Shown: positions 48,032-58,932, counted from the stretch's first letter. The stretch: 64,000 nt of DNA from a bacterium (GCA_030647555.1 JAUSJG010000013.1:12086-76085); one strand, 5' to 3'. Notes: generated from the sequence alone by a model not told the origin. A program made the numbers and translations.

Positions 48032-48481
48032 ATGTTGGGTTCTTTGCAAACTTTATCTATTATTCTCTGTGTTGTTTCCATTCTTTGTTGTCCCTATCTA
48101 TTTCCTGTTTTGTGTCGGAATCTTCACTATTTTTGGAACAGGTGGAAGATGGGGCGACCGCGACCAATTGTTTACATGTGTCGTCCAAATGGCAGTAAAC
48201 GAATTGGATTCGTTCTGCGACGTGATTTCCAGAAGGCGGAGAAAAAATTCTGGAAAGAAAAGCGTCGTCAAGATGTGTGGCACGGAAAAGGATGGACTGG
48301 AGAATGGGACGCGGTAAGGATTCCTGTTGCACCGGTGTTCGTTTTTGATGCAGATTTGCCTACGTATAATTTGCTGAAGAAATACTGCTATTTGCAGGAG
48401 GCGGTGTTTCTTGTGCCGTTGGATAGCTATGGTCCCTCATTCGATGAGTGTTGGCTACACTTTCGGGGGGTCGTGAAATAG
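48032..48481 (+). CDS. Hypothetical protein (cassette-type; GWTGE motif)
   Basis: ORF between module and terminator+palindromes. Confidence 0.4.
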   Translation: MLGSLQTLSIILCVVSILCCPYLFPVLCRNLHYFWNRWKMGRPRPIVYMCRPNGSKRIGFVLRRDFQKAEKKFWKEKRRQDVWHGKGWTGEWDAVRIPVAPVFVFDADLPTYNLLKKYCYLQEAVFLVPLDSYGPSFDECWLHFRGVVK

Positions 48482-48540
48482 TTTTGTACGGAATCTGCCA
48501 GATGAGTAATTGGCACGTACTTCTTGAACGGTCTTAGCAT

Positions 48541-48770
48541 CGCGACCACCTCGGTCGCGATTTTTTTATTGCCCATCGGAATGGGCAATAATCCCCCTTA
48601 GCTCATCAGAGCGACGGGGGATGTTGCCTTGTTTTGTATCGATTATATCGATACAAACGGAAGATTGCTTACACGAAATCGGTGACCGACCCTGACCGCA
48701 GGGACGGTCCCCGATTAACTTCTCAAATCCTTATACTATATACCAAATACCATATACAAATCTAAATACA
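48541..48770. repeat. Repeat nest: terminator repeat (48541-48567), palindrome attgcccatcggaatgggcaat + CAT element (48569-48623), TGTATCGATTATATCGATACA (48635-48655), family-2 palindrome (48678-48715), gtatat-family fragment (48721-48770)
   Basis: Five different repeat families juxtaposed within 230 bp. Confidence 0.65.
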
Positions 48771-48821
48771 GTAAAAATATAGGATTTTATAGGATGTTGA
48801 TAGGAAATGACATGCTACTCC

Positions 48822-50513
48822 CTACTTCTTCCACACCCGCCTTGTCTTCATGTACCAAGTGGAAATTGTATTGAAGCGTTGGGCCGGTAGCTGAATCGCA
48901 TCCAGCATTTGGCCACGAACATTATTGTGCAACGCGTAATTATAGGTTGGACTGTAAAGGAATAATGCGGGAACAGCACCAATTAGACGTTCTTGGAATT
49001 TTTTATACGTTTCTTCACGTTTGGCGATGTCGGTTGTTTTGCGTGCTTGTTCCAAAAGCTTGTCGGACTCGGTGTCTTTGTATAAAGCCAAATTTAAGCC
49101 CGGGTCGCGAGTTGCTGTGGAGTGCCAAAAAGGATATGGATCTGGGTCGGCTCCTAAAACTTCGCCATAAAGAATGGCATCGTAGGCACGTGGGCGGATA
49201 GCTTCGCTTTGAACAGTTCCTACGGTTTGCGCTTCCAGTTTTACATCCGCGCCAATCGCGCGCCATTGTTCCGCCAATAAGTCCGCCGTCTTGGTATATT
49301 CCGGCCAATCGGTGGTTGTGAGTGTGAAAGTAAAAGGTTTTCCATTTTTTTCGCGAATGCCTGTTTTGTCGTTAACCTTCCAGCCGGCATCGTCCAAATT
49401 TTGCTTGGCTTTTTCCGGATTATATTCAACCCGACCCAAACCTTCTTGGTAGCCCAAGAAACCCGGCGGGATTGGTGTATCAATCCGTGTTCCTTCATTG
49501 TACAACGCTTCGCGGATAATTTTATCGCGGTCGATGGCTAAATCTAAAGCTGTACGAATCGTTTGATCGGCCAACACTGGTTGACGGGCTTGATTGAAAA
49601 AGACGGCAAAATACTGTGGTAGTTTAGCGCGATATATTTTTGCACTACGAATGCGATTAATTTCGCTAACTAATGATGGTGGCACAAAACTCATACCGTC
49701 GACTTTGTTGCCCTGAAAAGCACGCAGTAATTCATCGTTACTTTGATAAAAAGAGAAAATAATGTTGTTGATAAGGGGACGCTTTCCGTAGTAACCGTCA
49801 AAGCGGGCAAGTTCATATTCGCGCACTTCCCCCATTGTGCTTTTCTTCAACTTCTTAAACATAAATGGTCCCGTGCCGATAGGTTTTAGGTTTTGTTCCG
49901 CGAGAGTGATATTTTTTGGTTCAACATTGGCCCAAACATGTTCGGGCATAATTGCCTGGGTGAGGTTGTAAAGGAAGGGGGCGTATGGTTCGCGTAAGGT
50001 AAAACTCACTGTTTGGTCATCTATTTTGTTGGCTACAACACTTTGAAAAATCGGTGCGGCAGGACTCTTGGCGTCGGGGTTTTGAATTGTTTGGATGGTA
50101 AACAAGACATCATCAGCATTAAATTGTTCACCGTCTTGCCACTTGATCCCTGTGCGGAGATGCGCCGTGTAGACTTTTCCATCGTCGCTAATATCTACTT
50201 TTTCCGCCAAATCACCGACAATATTTTTATTTTCATCTACGCGCATTAGTCCTGAATAAACTAAGCGGGAAATATTCATATCAACATCGTTTGTGCGTGC
50301 CAGAACAGGAGAAATATAGCGTGGTTGCCCAACCGCACCCTCGCGGTAGGTGCCACCTTCCTTTGGAATTAAAACTGTTTTTTCGCGGATGAATAAACCG
50401 GCACCCCAAATAACGCCGACAATTACAACCGTTACGCAAATCATTAGTGTTTTTCGTTCACGCTTTGAAAGACTGTGGCCAAGAGTGGAAAAAATTCTAT
50501 TCATTAAAGACAT
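48822..50513 (-). CDS. ABC transporter substrate-binding protein, family 5 (peptide/nickel), N-terminal membrane anchor
   Basis: SBP_bac_5-like length and conserved central region. Confidence 0.75.
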   Translation of the reverse strand: MSLMNRIFSTLGHSLSKRERKTLMICVTVVIVGVIWGAGLFIREKTVLIPKEGGTYREGAVGQPRYISPVLARTNDVDMNISRLVYSGLMRVDENKNIVGDLAEKVDISDDGKVYTAHLRTGIKWQDGEQFNADDVLFTIQTIQNPDAKSPAAPIFQSVVANKIDDQTVSFTLREPYAPFLYNLTQAIMPEHVWANVEPKNITLAEQNLKPIGTGPFMFKKLKKSTMGEVREYELARFDGYYGKRPLINNIIFSFYQSNDELLRAFQGNKVDGMSFVPPSLVSEINRIRSAKIYRAKLPQYFAVFFNQARQPVLADQTIRTALDLAIDRDKIIREALYNEGTRIDTPIPPGFLGYQEGLGRVEYNPEKAKQNLDDAGWKVNDKTGIREKNGKPFTFTLTTTDWPEYTKTADLLAEQWRAIGADVKLEAQTVGTVQSEAIRPRAYDAILYGEVLGADPDPYPFWHSTATRDPGLNLALYKDTESDKLLEQARKTTDIAKREETYKKFQERLIGAVPALFLYSPTYNYALHNNVRGQMLDAIQLPAQRFNTISTWYMKTRRVWKK

Positions 50514-50519
50514 ATGTTT

Positions 50520-51014
50520 TTAAAAAGGATTACGTAAAAAACTTACGACACTATAATCATACGCGGTTTTATTTCCGCATGGGCTGGCGTCGCGATTGCC
50601 GTTTTTGTCAGCTTCCAATTTAGCTAATAATTCAAAACTCGATGGGCTGGTTTTCCAATAGAAATAATCGTTGGTGGTATTTTTATAAACAGGATCGGTT
50701 GGAAAAAGTTTTTCTGATTTGGCATATTTTTTGTCTTGACGTAAGCTTTCTTCAATTTTATTCAAAATGTCTTTATTGGCGGAATCGGATAAGGTGCCAC
50801 ACCAAGAGGAAGCGTTTTCCGGTGGGTAAGTACCGTGGGTTTTTTCGAAGCGACCCAAGGCTAATTCTATGTCTTCAATGTCATGTTTCCGCACAATGTC
50901 GCGGGCTTGTAAAGCTTGTAAACGTAAGGCCCAAGCGCCAATAAGCACAAAAACCACGGTCACCAAAGGGAAGGTGTACCTATTCTTGAATATCTGCGCA
51001 GAGAATTTCATCAC
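50520..51014 (-). CDS. Hypothetical protein with N-terminal TM helix
   Basis: ORF; hydrophobic N-terminus. Confidence 0.4.
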   Translation of the reverse strand: MMKFSAQIFKNRYTFPLVTVVFVLIGAWALRLQALQARDIVRKHDIEDIELALGRFEKTHGTYPPENASSWCGTLSDSANKDILNKIEESLRQDKKYAKSEKLFPTDPVYKNTTNDYFYWKTSPSSFELLAKLEADKNGNRDASPCGNKTAYDYSVVSFLRNPF

Positions 51015-51092
51015 TTGTAGTTAACTGTTTTCTAATGATTTCGAGACTGAAAACAGTTTACGACTCATGGCGAAAGGTCTTTTCGTTGCGTC

Positions 51093-51314
51093 TTAGAAGA
51101 TAATCTGAAGCAACGGGACTGTCAAGAAAGCCACGGCGAGCAAAATCGTAGCTTGGTGAAGGCGTTTTTCGAAACCGCGTTTGGTGTGATATGTAGCGGA
51201 ACTGCCGCCAAAAGACTGTCCCAGGCCCGCGCCACGATTCTGAAGTAAAACGGCCGTAATAAGGAGGACAGAAATTACTACTTGGATAACGAGGAAGATG
51301 GTTTTGGAGTTCAT
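51093..51314 (-). CDS. secG: Preprotein translocase subunit SecG
   Basis: LLQNRGAGLGQSFGG motif, two TM helices. Confidence 0.7.
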   Translation of the reverse strand: MNSKTIFLVIQVVISVLLITAVLLQNRGAGLGQSFGGSSATYHTKRGFEKRLHQATILLAVAFLTVPLLQIIF

Positions 51315-51324
51315 AGATGATAGC

Positions 51325-51675
51325 TTAGGACGAAAACGGCAAAAGGAAAAGGATGGAGAAAATCAGGGTCGTTCCGGCTAGCCCTATTAGTTGGCTTGTA
51401 ATGGGGGGAGTAAGGCCAAAACCGGACGTCAGACCAATGGCAATGGCGACTATAATTATGCGTAAGCCGTAGATTCGGACCGGTCTTGGAATGAAAAAAA
51501 GGATTAAAGCGGCACCGCCTTGGATAATAAAGAGAACCATTTCGCCGATCGCGACAAATAAACCCATAAGGGCGTATGTTTGCCAAGCACCATCAGAATT
51601 GATTCCGGGGATTAGGGTGGCCGCCACCCATGTGCCGGCAGTGGCGAGGAGAAATCTAAACAAGAACCTTTTCAT
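51325..51675 (-). CDS. DUF360 (YvlD/Phage_holin_4_2-like) membrane protein
   Basis: MKRFLFRFLLATAGTWVAATLIPGI pattern. Confidence 0.5.
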   Translation of the reverse strand: MKRFLFRFLLATAGTWVAATLIPGINSDGAWQTYALMGLFVAIGEMVLFIIQGGAALILFFIPRPVRIYGLRIIIVAIAIGLTSGFGLTPPITSQLIGLAGTTLIFSILFLLPFSS

Positions 51676-51715
51676 GTGGGTATTATACACCAAACATGCG
51701 AAAAATTTTCAATAA

Positions 51716-51830
51716 TCAATTTCCAATTATCAATGAATTATCAATTAACTAATTTTCAATGACGACGCCGAATTGAAAATTGGAATTTGATCATTAATTG
51801 ATAATTGGCCATTGAAAATTGATACTTATA
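51716..51830. repeat. AT-rich hairpin (caataatcaatttccaattatcaatgaattatcaatta...), related to 9290-9425
   Basis: Inverted arms. Confidence 0.45.
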
Positions 51831-51832
51831 TT

Positions 51833-53872
51833 CTATCTTCTTAAAAATTCTATTAATATCTCTGTTTTTTTAGAACCTAATATTTTTTCTAATTCTTCAA
51901 CTGTTGCTGCTCTGATTCCGGCCAATGATCCAAATGCGCGGAGTAACTTTTTGCGAGTGCCTGGTCCAATGCCCGGAATTTCTTCGAGGATTGATTTTGT
52001 CATTCGCTTTTTTCGAAGGAGGCGGTGATAACTGATTGTGAATCGGTGCGCTTCGTCGCGCATCCGTTGCATTAAATAAAAAGCGGGGGAAGTACGATCG
52101 AGGATGATTGAAGAAGAATTTTTTGTGGTAAAAATTTCTTCTTCTCGTTTGGCGAGAGAAATTAATGGGATCTTTAAATCAAGTTCAGTAAAAAGTTTAT
52201 TGATCGTATTTAATTGCGGTTTGCCACCGTCGAGAACAATCAGGTCAGGTAGAGGCCAGCGCGATTTTTCCTCCCTTGATAAAGGGAGGCGGGGAGGGAT
52301 TTTGTTATTGGGCCGCGAAATCTCCCTTGTTCCCCCTTTATCAAGGGGGAGACGGCTCTTAAATCTTCGTGTCAGTGTTTCCCGCATCATTCCTACATCG
52401 TTTGGTTCACCGTCGTTGATAATTTTAAATTTGCGATATTCCGATGGCACGGATTTTCCGTCGATGAAAACCACCATCGAAGCGGTCGCCAATTTTCCTT
52501 GAATGTTTGAAATATCATATGTCTCAATTCGTTTTGGTAGGGTTGGAAGATTCAACTTTTCCTGTAGGTCGGTAATACTCTTGAGTAAATTTTGGGGACT
52601 TTGTAATTCTGTTTCAGAACGGTTCAATGATTCTTGGGCATTTGTATTTGCCATGTCGATTAACTGTTTTTTCCAGCCACGTTCTGGAAATTTGATAGTC
52701 AGTCTTTGCGAACCCCGCCCTTGGCGGGGTGAAGCAATCTCGTCGGCGTTTTGAATCGGGGGATTGCTTCGCCTCACTGCGGTGATGGCTCGCAATGACG
52801 ACGACGGTGTCGGCAAATAAATAATCTTTGCTCCTCCTTGTGCTGTCGGTAAATATTGCGCTAGAAATTCTTCCCAAATGTCTTTTTCTTCTTTCTTGTC
52901 CGGTAAAAGCAATGGGAAAATTTGTCGTCCAATAATCCGACCTTGGCGTAATTGCAGAAGGGCGATACTGCCATGACCGCCACGGTGCGCCAAACCAAAC
53001 ACATCCGCATTTTCATTTCTTGTTGTGATCACGTCCTGTGGAATCATTGTTTGCTGAATCGCTTTAATCCGGTCGCGTAAAGCGGCGGCTTTTTCGTAAT
53101 GTTGTTGTTCACTTAGCTCATTCATTCGTTCAGTTATTGCACCAAGTACTGCATCAGTATCGCCATCCAAAAACTTTTTTAAGCGGACGAAATTGTTTTG
53201 GTATTCTTCGAGGCTAATCGCGCCGACACAAATTCCCGGGCACAAACCGATGTGATAGGCGAAACAGGGACGACGTAATCCCTCCCGCGCTGGCACCCCC
53301 TCAAACGTCCGCTGGACGTTCTTGGTGGCCCCGCCTCCCTTTGGAAAAAGGGAGGGGACGCCAACGCTTCCCTCCTTTTTCCAAAGGAGGGCGGGGGTGG
53401 ATTTTCCCGGGTCAGGATATCCGCACCAAGGAAAAAACTTTCGCGCTTCTTTTAATGTCTGTCGTACCGCTCGAGAATTTGGATAAGGGCCACGATACCA
53501 CGCACCATCCGTTGCAACTTTTCGTTCCAAAGAAACTTTTGGATAGGCTTCATTAGAAATCCTTACGTATAGATAAGATGAATCATCAACCAAGCGCACA
53601 TTATATGGTGGTCGGTGTTTATGGATTAGCGTGCCTTCCAATACCAGGGCTTCCGTTTCATTTTTTACAATTATTGTCTCAACCGAAAAAGCGAGCTTCA
53701 CCATCTCGACCTTGAGTGGTTCAAGTCGAGTTGGTGCAAAATATTGGGCGACACGTTTCTTTAGTGATTTCGCTTTGCCAATATAAAGGATCGCGCCTTT
53801 GGCGTCTTTAAATTGGTAAACACCGGGTAAGTCGGGAAGGTTTTTGGCTTGATTTTTTAATTCATTTTCCAT
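51833..53872 (-). CDS. uvrC: Excinuclease ABC subunit C (UvrC), ~70-100 aa longer than typical owing to three in-frame palindromic insertions
   Basis: GIY-YIG (GVYQFKD...ILYIGKA), RPCFAYHIGLCPGIC, ENDO V/RNaseH-like and C-terminal HhH domains. Confidence 0.9.
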   Translation of the reverse strand: MENELKNQAKNLPDLPGVYQFKDAKGAILYIGKAKSLKKRVAQYFAPTRLEPLKVEMVKLAFSVETIIVKNETEALVLEGTLIHKHRPPYNVRLVDDSSYLYVRISNEAYPKVSLERKVATDGAWYRGPYPNSRAVRQTLKEARKFFPWCGYPDPGKSTPALLWKKEGSVGVPSLFPKGGGATKNVQRTFEGVPAREGLRRPCFAYHIGLCPGICVGAISLEEYQNNFVRLKKFLDGDTDAVLGAITERMNELSEQQHYEKAAALRDRIKAIQQTMIPQDVITTRNENADVFGLAHRGGHGSIALLQLRQGRIIGRQIFPLLLPDKKEEKDIWEEFLAQYLPTAQGGAKIIYLPTPSSSLRAITAVRRSNPPIQNADEIASPRQGRGSQRLTIKFPERGWKKQLIDMANTNAQESLNRSETELQSPQNLLKSITDLQEKLNLPTLPKRIETYDISNIQGKLATASMVVFIDGKSVPSEYRKFKIINDGEPNDVGMMRETLTRRFKSRLPLDKGGTREISRPNNKIPPRLPLSREEKSRWPLPDLIVLDGGKPQLNTINKLFTELDLKIPLISLAKREEEIFTTKNSSSIILDRTSPAFYLMQRMRDEAHRFTISYHRLLRKKRMTKSILEEIPGIGPGTRKKLLRAFGSLAGIRAATVEELEKILGSKKTEILIEFLRR
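52258..52345. repeat. GGGAGG-type palindromic element in-frame in uvrC (encodes ...SRLPLDKGGTREISRPNNKIPPRLPLSREEKSR...)
   Basis: Inverted arms ctcccttgataaagggagg / ccccctttatcaaggggg; insertion between conserved MRETLTRRF and PDLIVLDGGK. Confidence 0.65.
52702..52799. repeat. gcgagccatcgacc-family element in-frame in uvrC
   Basis: Reverse complement aligns with 61641-61769 ends (cgtcattgcgagccatc...cgcaaagac). Confidence 0.55.
53290..53415. repeat. GGGAGG-type palindromic element in-frame in uvrC between WC..D and RPCF Cys motif (encodes ...PGKSTPALLWKKEGSVGVPSLFPKGGGATKNVQRTFEGVPAREG)
   Basis: Long inverted arms ccgcctccctttggaaaaagggagg / cctcctttttccaaaggagggcgg. Confidence 0.65.
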
Positions 53873-53892
53873 TCAGGATGATTTTAGGGGCA

Positions 53893-54027
53893 AAAATGAC
53901 CAATGACCAATACTCAATGGCCACTCAATTATTAAATGATTTAATGTCCAATTTTGAATCCGTGTTTAGTGTCTATTAGTTAATTGGTTATTGAGTGGTC
54001 ATTGGCCATTGGGATTTGGTCATTCGT
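53893..54027. repeat. cccaatgaccaa-family long hairpin upstream of uvrC
   Basis: Arm similarity. Confidence 0.5.
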
Positions 54028-54126
54028 CGTCCGCCCCTAGCTTGACATATATATTGTAATAAGCAATAATGGCGGGTCGTGAGATGGGGCGGTTCTTGGT
54101 TTTATTTGTGTGCATGGGAGTAAAAC

Positions 54127-54405
54127 ATGTCCATTCTTGAATTGGTATGTCTCTGTGTTTCGTTGGTTTCGTTCCTGGTCGGGTTGCTGGGGGTGGCTGT
54201 TTGCCTGTCGTTGTGGAAGGAAAGTAAAGATGCACGGTTGCAGTTGATATTAATGATTTTGATGACACTTTCTGGATTTTCCACCTTTGTTGTGGTTCGT
54301 GAGGAATATGATCGAGGACATCATGACCCTGTTCAGCAAGAAATTGAAAGAACGGAGGCCGTAACTCCGCCACTAATCTCGCCAGGCACAGTGGTTCCGA
54401 ATTGA
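54127..54405 (+). CDS. Small hypothetical membrane protein (2 TM)
   Basis: ORF preceded by TTGACA-17-AATAAT (54042-54070). Confidence 0.35.
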   Translation: MSILELVCLCVSLVSFLVGLLGVAVCLSLWKESKDARLQLILMILMTLSGFSTFVVVREEYDRGHHDPVQQEIERTEAVTPPLISPGTVVPN

Positions 54406-54668
54406 GTGGGTCATGTCCATGAAGTCGTCGTTCGTCGAGCTCTCCATGTGAGAGCTTTTTTATTTTAGATTTTAAAACATTTGAAATTGAATACCCGCCA
54501 CGACGGCGGGTCCGCCCGATGGCGGAAAAATTTTAAATTTCAAATTAAAAATTGGGAGGTTGATTTCTTGAGCTTGCTTCGATAGACAGAGGGGTCGCTT
54601 AGTTGCACTTGCCATGAGGGTGATCCCGTGCTACACTCTCGCGCAGTCACTTTTAAATTACTTTTGCA

Positions 54669-57530
54669 ATGGCAAATGTTATCACCATCCGCGGGGCGCG
54701 CGTTCATAACTTAAAAAACGTCGATGTAACCATTCCACGCGACAAGCTGGTGGTTATCACCGGACTCTCGGGTTCCGGTAAATCTTCTCTCGCTTTTGAT
54801 ACACTTTACGCGGAAGGGCAACGTCGTTATGTTGAATCGCTTTCCGCTTACGCTCGGCAGTTCTTGGGTTTGATGGACAAACCGGACGCCGACCAAATTG
54901 ACGGGCTAAGTCCGGCAATTTCCATCGATCAAAAATCCGGGACACGCAATCCGCGTTCTACGGTAGGTACTGTTACAGAAATTTACGATTATCTTCGTTT
55001 GCTTTTTGCCAGAACCGGTGTCCCGCATTGTCCGCAGTGTGGAAAGATGATTCGTCGTCAAACAATCAAGGAAATTACCGATCAGATTTTGAATTTGCCG
55101 GACGGCTCAAACATTATGGTGTTGGCGCCCAAGATTCGCGACCGCAAAGGTGAGCACAAACAAATTTTCAAAGAAATTGAACAGCAGGGTTATGTGCGCG
55201 CTCGTGTCGACGGCTCGGTTTATGATTTGCAAGAAGCGCAACAATTGGAATTGGATAAACAAAAAAAGCATTCTATTGAGGTTGTGATCGATCGCTTGTT
55301 AATTGATAAGCGCAACTTGGATCGTCCGCGCATTGCCGACTCGGTAGAAACAGCAACCCGTATTGGTGGGGGCATTGTGATCATCGAAGATCGCACCGCG
55401 AAAAAAGATTTTGTTTATTCTGAACAATTTGCTTGTTCGGATTGTGGGATCAGTTTGACCGAAGTGGAACCAAGAATGTTTTCGTTTAATAGTCCGCACG
55501 GCGCGTGTCCGGCTTGTACCGGTCTTGGTACGCAATTGGAAGTAAACGAAGAACTTGTAATTCCTAATCGCAAATTAACTTTGGCCGAAGGCGCCATTAA
55601 ACCGTGGAGTCGCCGGATGCGTGGCAGTTCATGGGCGATGTGGATTTTGGAAGCAGTGGCTAAAAGAAACCATTTTTCGTTGGATGTGCCGGTTAGTAAG
55701 TTATCGGAAGAAGTAATGGAAATTATTATGTTTGGTATGGGTGACGAAAAAATCACTGTGAAAACCGAAGAGGGTACGACGATGGAAACAAAATTTGAAG
55801 GTGTGGTTCCCAATTTGATGCGTCGCTACAAAGAAACGGATTCGGATTATGCCAGAAGCGAAATCGAGCGTTATATGGTGAGCAAGCCCTGTCCGGTTTG
55901 CAAAGGGAAGCGTCTTAAGCCGGAATCATTAAGCGTTTTCTTGGCCGGAAAAAATATGCACGAAGTTGTGTCATTAACTATCGCTGATAACTACAAACTC
56001 TTTTCTGATCTCGCGCAAAACCCGAAATCACACGAAACTTTTGGTCCACGTGAGCAAATTATCGGCAAGCAGGTATTACTGGAAATTCGTGCTCGCTTGA
56101 AGTTTTTACTCGACGTCGGTTTGGATTATCTGACTTTAGATCGTTCGGCCGCCACATTGGCCGGCGGTGAAGCGCAACGGATTCGTTTAGCCACACAAAT
56201 TGGTTCCGGTCTCGTTGGGGTGCTTTATATTTTGGACGAACCGTCAATTGGTTTGCATCAACGCGATAATTCGCGCTTGATTGGCACATTGAAAACTTTG
56301 CGTGATTTGGGTAACTCGGTAATTGTTGTGGAACACGACGAAGAGATGATTCGTAATGCGGATTATGTGATTGATGTCGGGCCGGGCGCCGGTGAACACG
56401 GCGGGCAAATTGTTTTCGCGGGAACGGCGAAAGCATTGGAAAAATCCAACACGCTTACCGGCAAATATCTCGCCGGAAAAATGGAAATTCCTGTGCCGAA
56501 GAAAAAGCGCGCCGGAAATGGAAAGACATTGGTCATCAAAGGCGCGACCGAACACAATTTACAAAACGTCGATGTAAAAATTCCGTTGGGTAAATTTGTT
56601 TGCGTGTCCGGTGTTTCCGGTTCCGGAAAATCGACATTGATTAACGATATTCTCTCGAAGGTCTTGGCCAAAGAATTCTACGGGGCCAAAGATTTGCCGG
56701 GTAAACACGATAGTGTTCAAGGTCTGCAAAATCTCGACAAAGTAATTATGATTGATCAATCGGCAATTGGTCGCACCCCACGCAGTAATCCTGCCACATA
56801 TACCGGCGTCTTTACCGCGATTCGCGAATTGTTTTCGGCCACTCCGGAAGCAAAAGTGCGCGGTTATGATGCCGGACGTTTTTCTTTCAATGTACGTGGT
56901 GGTCGTTGTGAAACCTGTCAGGGTGACGGAGTGATTCGGATTGAAATGCAATTTTTACCGGACGTTTACGTGGAGTGCGAAGAGTGTCACGGTAAACGTT
57001 ACAATCGCGAAGCGTTGGATATTCTTTATAAAGGAACAACGATTGCGGAAATTTTGAATATGACGGTGGAACGGGCGCACGAATTTTTCCGTGCTATTCC
57101 GGCGATTGAATCGAAATTGGCCGTGCTTGAACAAGTTGGTCTTGGCTATGTCCACTTGGGTCAACCGGCGACGCAACTTTCCGGTGGTGAAGCACAGCGC
57201 ATTAAATTGGCCACAGAACTTTCCCGTCGCGCCACCGGTAAAACAATTTATATTTTGGATGAACCGACAACGGGTTTGCATTTCGATGATGTCCGTAAAT
57301 TGTTAACTGTTTTGCATGCGTTGGTCGACAAAGGTAATTCTGTTTTAGTCATCGAACACAATCTCGATGTTCTTAAAGCGGCCGATTGGATTATTGATTT
57401 GGGCCCGGAAGGTGGAAACAAAGGCGGAGAAATTATCGCCGAAGGTACGCCGGAAGAAGTATCACGCGTGGCGAAGAGTTACACAGGGCAGTATTTGAAG
57501 GGGATGCTGGGGAAGAAAAAGACAAAATAA
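54669..57530 (+). CDS. uvrA: Excinuclease ABC subunit A (UvrA)
   Basis: Two ABC ATPase modules ([14 protein letters not shown]; [13 protein letters not shown]), zinc fingers. Confidence 0.97.
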   Translation: MANVITIRGARVHNLKNVDVTIPRDKLVVITGLSGSGKSSLAFDTLYAEGQRRYVESLSAYARQFLGLMDKPDADQIDGLSPAISIDQKSGTRNPRSTVGTVTEIYDYLRLLFARTGVPHCPQCGKMIRRQTIKEITDQILNLPDGSNIMVLAPKIRDRKGEHKQIFKEIEQQGYVRARVDGSVYDLQEAQQLELDKQKKHSIEVVIDRLLIDKRNLDRPRIADSVETATRIGGGIVIIEDRTAKKDFVYSEQFACSDCGISLTEVEPRMFSFNSPHGACPACTGLGTQLEVNEELVIPNRKLTLAEGAIKPWSRRMRGSSWAMWILEAVAKRNHFSLDVPVSKLSEEVMEIIMFGMGDEKITVKTEEGTTMETKFEGVVPNLMRRYKETDSDYARSEIERYMVSKPCPVCKGKRLKPESLSVFLAGKNMHEVVSLTIADNYKLFSDLAQNPKSHETFGPREQIIGKQVLLEIRARLKFLLDVGLDYLTLDRSAATLAGGEAQRIRLATQIGSGLVGVLYILDEPSIGLHQRDNSRLIGTLKTLRDLGNSVIVVEHDEEMIRNADYVIDVGPGAGEHGGQIVFAGTAKALEKSNTLTGKYLAGKMEIPVPKKKRAGNGKTLVIKGATEHNLQNVDVKIPLGKFVCVSGVSGSGKSTLINDILSKVLAKEFYGAKDLPGKHDSVQGLQNLDKVIMIDQSAIGRTPRSNPATYTGVFTAIRELFSATPEAKVRGYDAGRFSFNVRGGRCETCQGDGVIRIEMQFLPDVYVECEECHGKRYNREALDILYKGTTIAEILNMTVERAHEFFRAIPAIESKLAVLEQVGLGYVHLGQPATQLSGGEAQRIKLATELSRRATGKTIYILDEPTTGLHFDDVRKLLTVLHALVDKGNSVLVIEHNLDVLKAADWIIDLGPEGGNKGGEIIAEGTPEEVSRVAKSYTGQYLKGMLGKKKTK

Positions 57531-57660
57531 ATCCCAATTTCCAAATCCCAAAACCCAACAAAATCCCAAAATCATAATGACCAAAACGGTTAGTCTTTGG
57601 AATTTAGGTGATTAGGATTTTGTTGGACATTGGTCATTGGGGTTTGGGTTTTATTACCAA
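57531..57660. repeat. cccaatgaccaa-family long hairpin after uvrA
   Basis: Arm similarity. Confidence 0.55.
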
Positions 57661-57675
57661 TCATTATTTTAAATC

Positions 57676-58068
57676 GTGTATAATAACCCCATGCAGTTAA
57701 ATCTTTGGAAAAGAGTAGTGTTCTATGGTCTTGCCCTCTGGGTGATTGTTTTTGCGGTTATTTCTCTTTTGGTTTTGTTGGGTCTGACTAATCGTTCTAT
57801 CCCGACAGATTTTGTTTTGTTTTTAGCGGCAGTCTTACTCTGTTGGACTTTTTCCAGTCGGTTGCATCTTGTATCAATGTCACAAGGCCTGCTTGTGGGT
57901 TGTGCTTGGTTGGCAATCAATATGTTGTTGGACTACACGGTGATTGTTCGTGGCTTTAATGGCGGTGATTTGGGTTTCTATCAAACGTGGATCATTTGGG
58001 GACATTATGCTTTGCTGTTGGTTGTCCCAATTATCGCCAGTTCGCGACGACAAGTGGCGCCGCAGTAA
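57676..58068 (+). CDS. Hypothetical membrane protein (4 TM)
   Basis: Hydrophobic profile; extended -10 tgtataat upstream. Confidence 0.4.
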   Translation: MYNNPMQLNLWKRVVFYGLALWVIVFAVISLLVLLGLTNRSIPTDFVLFLAAVLLCWTFSSRLHLVSMSQGLLVGCAWLAINMLLDYTVIVRGFNGGDLGFYQTWIIWGHYALLLVVPIIASSRRQVAPQ

Positions 58069-58080
58069 AGTAAAAACTCA

Positions 58081-58280
58081 GTAATCGCTCACTGGTTAAG
58101 GAAAAAGCCGTCGCGGACACATCCAAGGTGGCCATTCATGGCTTCCTTGGATGTGGTGTAGGTTCGCGTAACGTCGTTACGACGCTACTAACCCACACCA
58201 CTTCCGATGAAGGCCAAGCGTGGCCCACATCGGAAGTGAGTGCGACGATTCAAATTTTTCCTCGACCTGTGAGCGGTTAC
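58081..58280. mobile_element. Structured TIR-bounded element, copy 3 (200 bp)
   Basis: TIRs gtaatcgctcactggttaaggaaaaa / tttttcctcgacctgtgagcggttac; internal hairpins with compensatory changes relative to copy 1. Confidence 0.7.
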
Positions 58281-58932
58281 ACCGGTCACGCTTGACAAAA
58301 ACTGCCAACGGGTGTATAATTACCCGTTATTGTTTTTTCAAACCCAAAGGAGATAACGAATGACGACGTAAAGAGCGCCTTGGCAGAATTGGCGCTAGAA
58401 CAGAAATACCCTCAAAAGTCGCAGTAGGCGATGAGGGAATTACTGCCCACAGCCTTGGAAAGTGGCTGAAACCGATGGAGTGGATGCGAGAAAACGTTTG
58501 GCTGGCGTCTAACCAATATTGGGACAGACATCCTCGTGTTCTACAAACCGGTAAAAATTTCCGCGGTGTCCGGGTGAGGGATCAACTTTGTGCCCATGAA
58601 ATCGATTACGACCTTCATGGGGCTAACGCAAAGGCCGATAAACTCGGGCTCAACTCTGAATCCCACTGGACAAAGGATTGTCCGCCGACAGGCAACCGTG
58701 ATCCGGCTTTGGTGGTAACTAAAGGGTAGCCGCAAGTAGTTTGTTTTGAGGAGGTCGCGATTCAACTCGCCACCTCCTCGCTTTCTCTTTGCTCGCAGTA
58801 TTGCGAGTAAAGATGAAGGTTGCTTTGGTTCGAATCTGTCGGGACGAAAGCATAATTGTTTTTTCAAAATCAGGGCGGCTGTCATGGGCCGCGAGACAGA
58901 TCCAACAAATTGTTCATGAAAGGACATCAACC

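Noticed and set aside
58475-58729. ORF 58475-58729 (+) 84 aa
   Set aside because: There is no RBS and no recognisable features. It lies in the leader between the structured element copy 3 and the GC-rich gene. Not supported.
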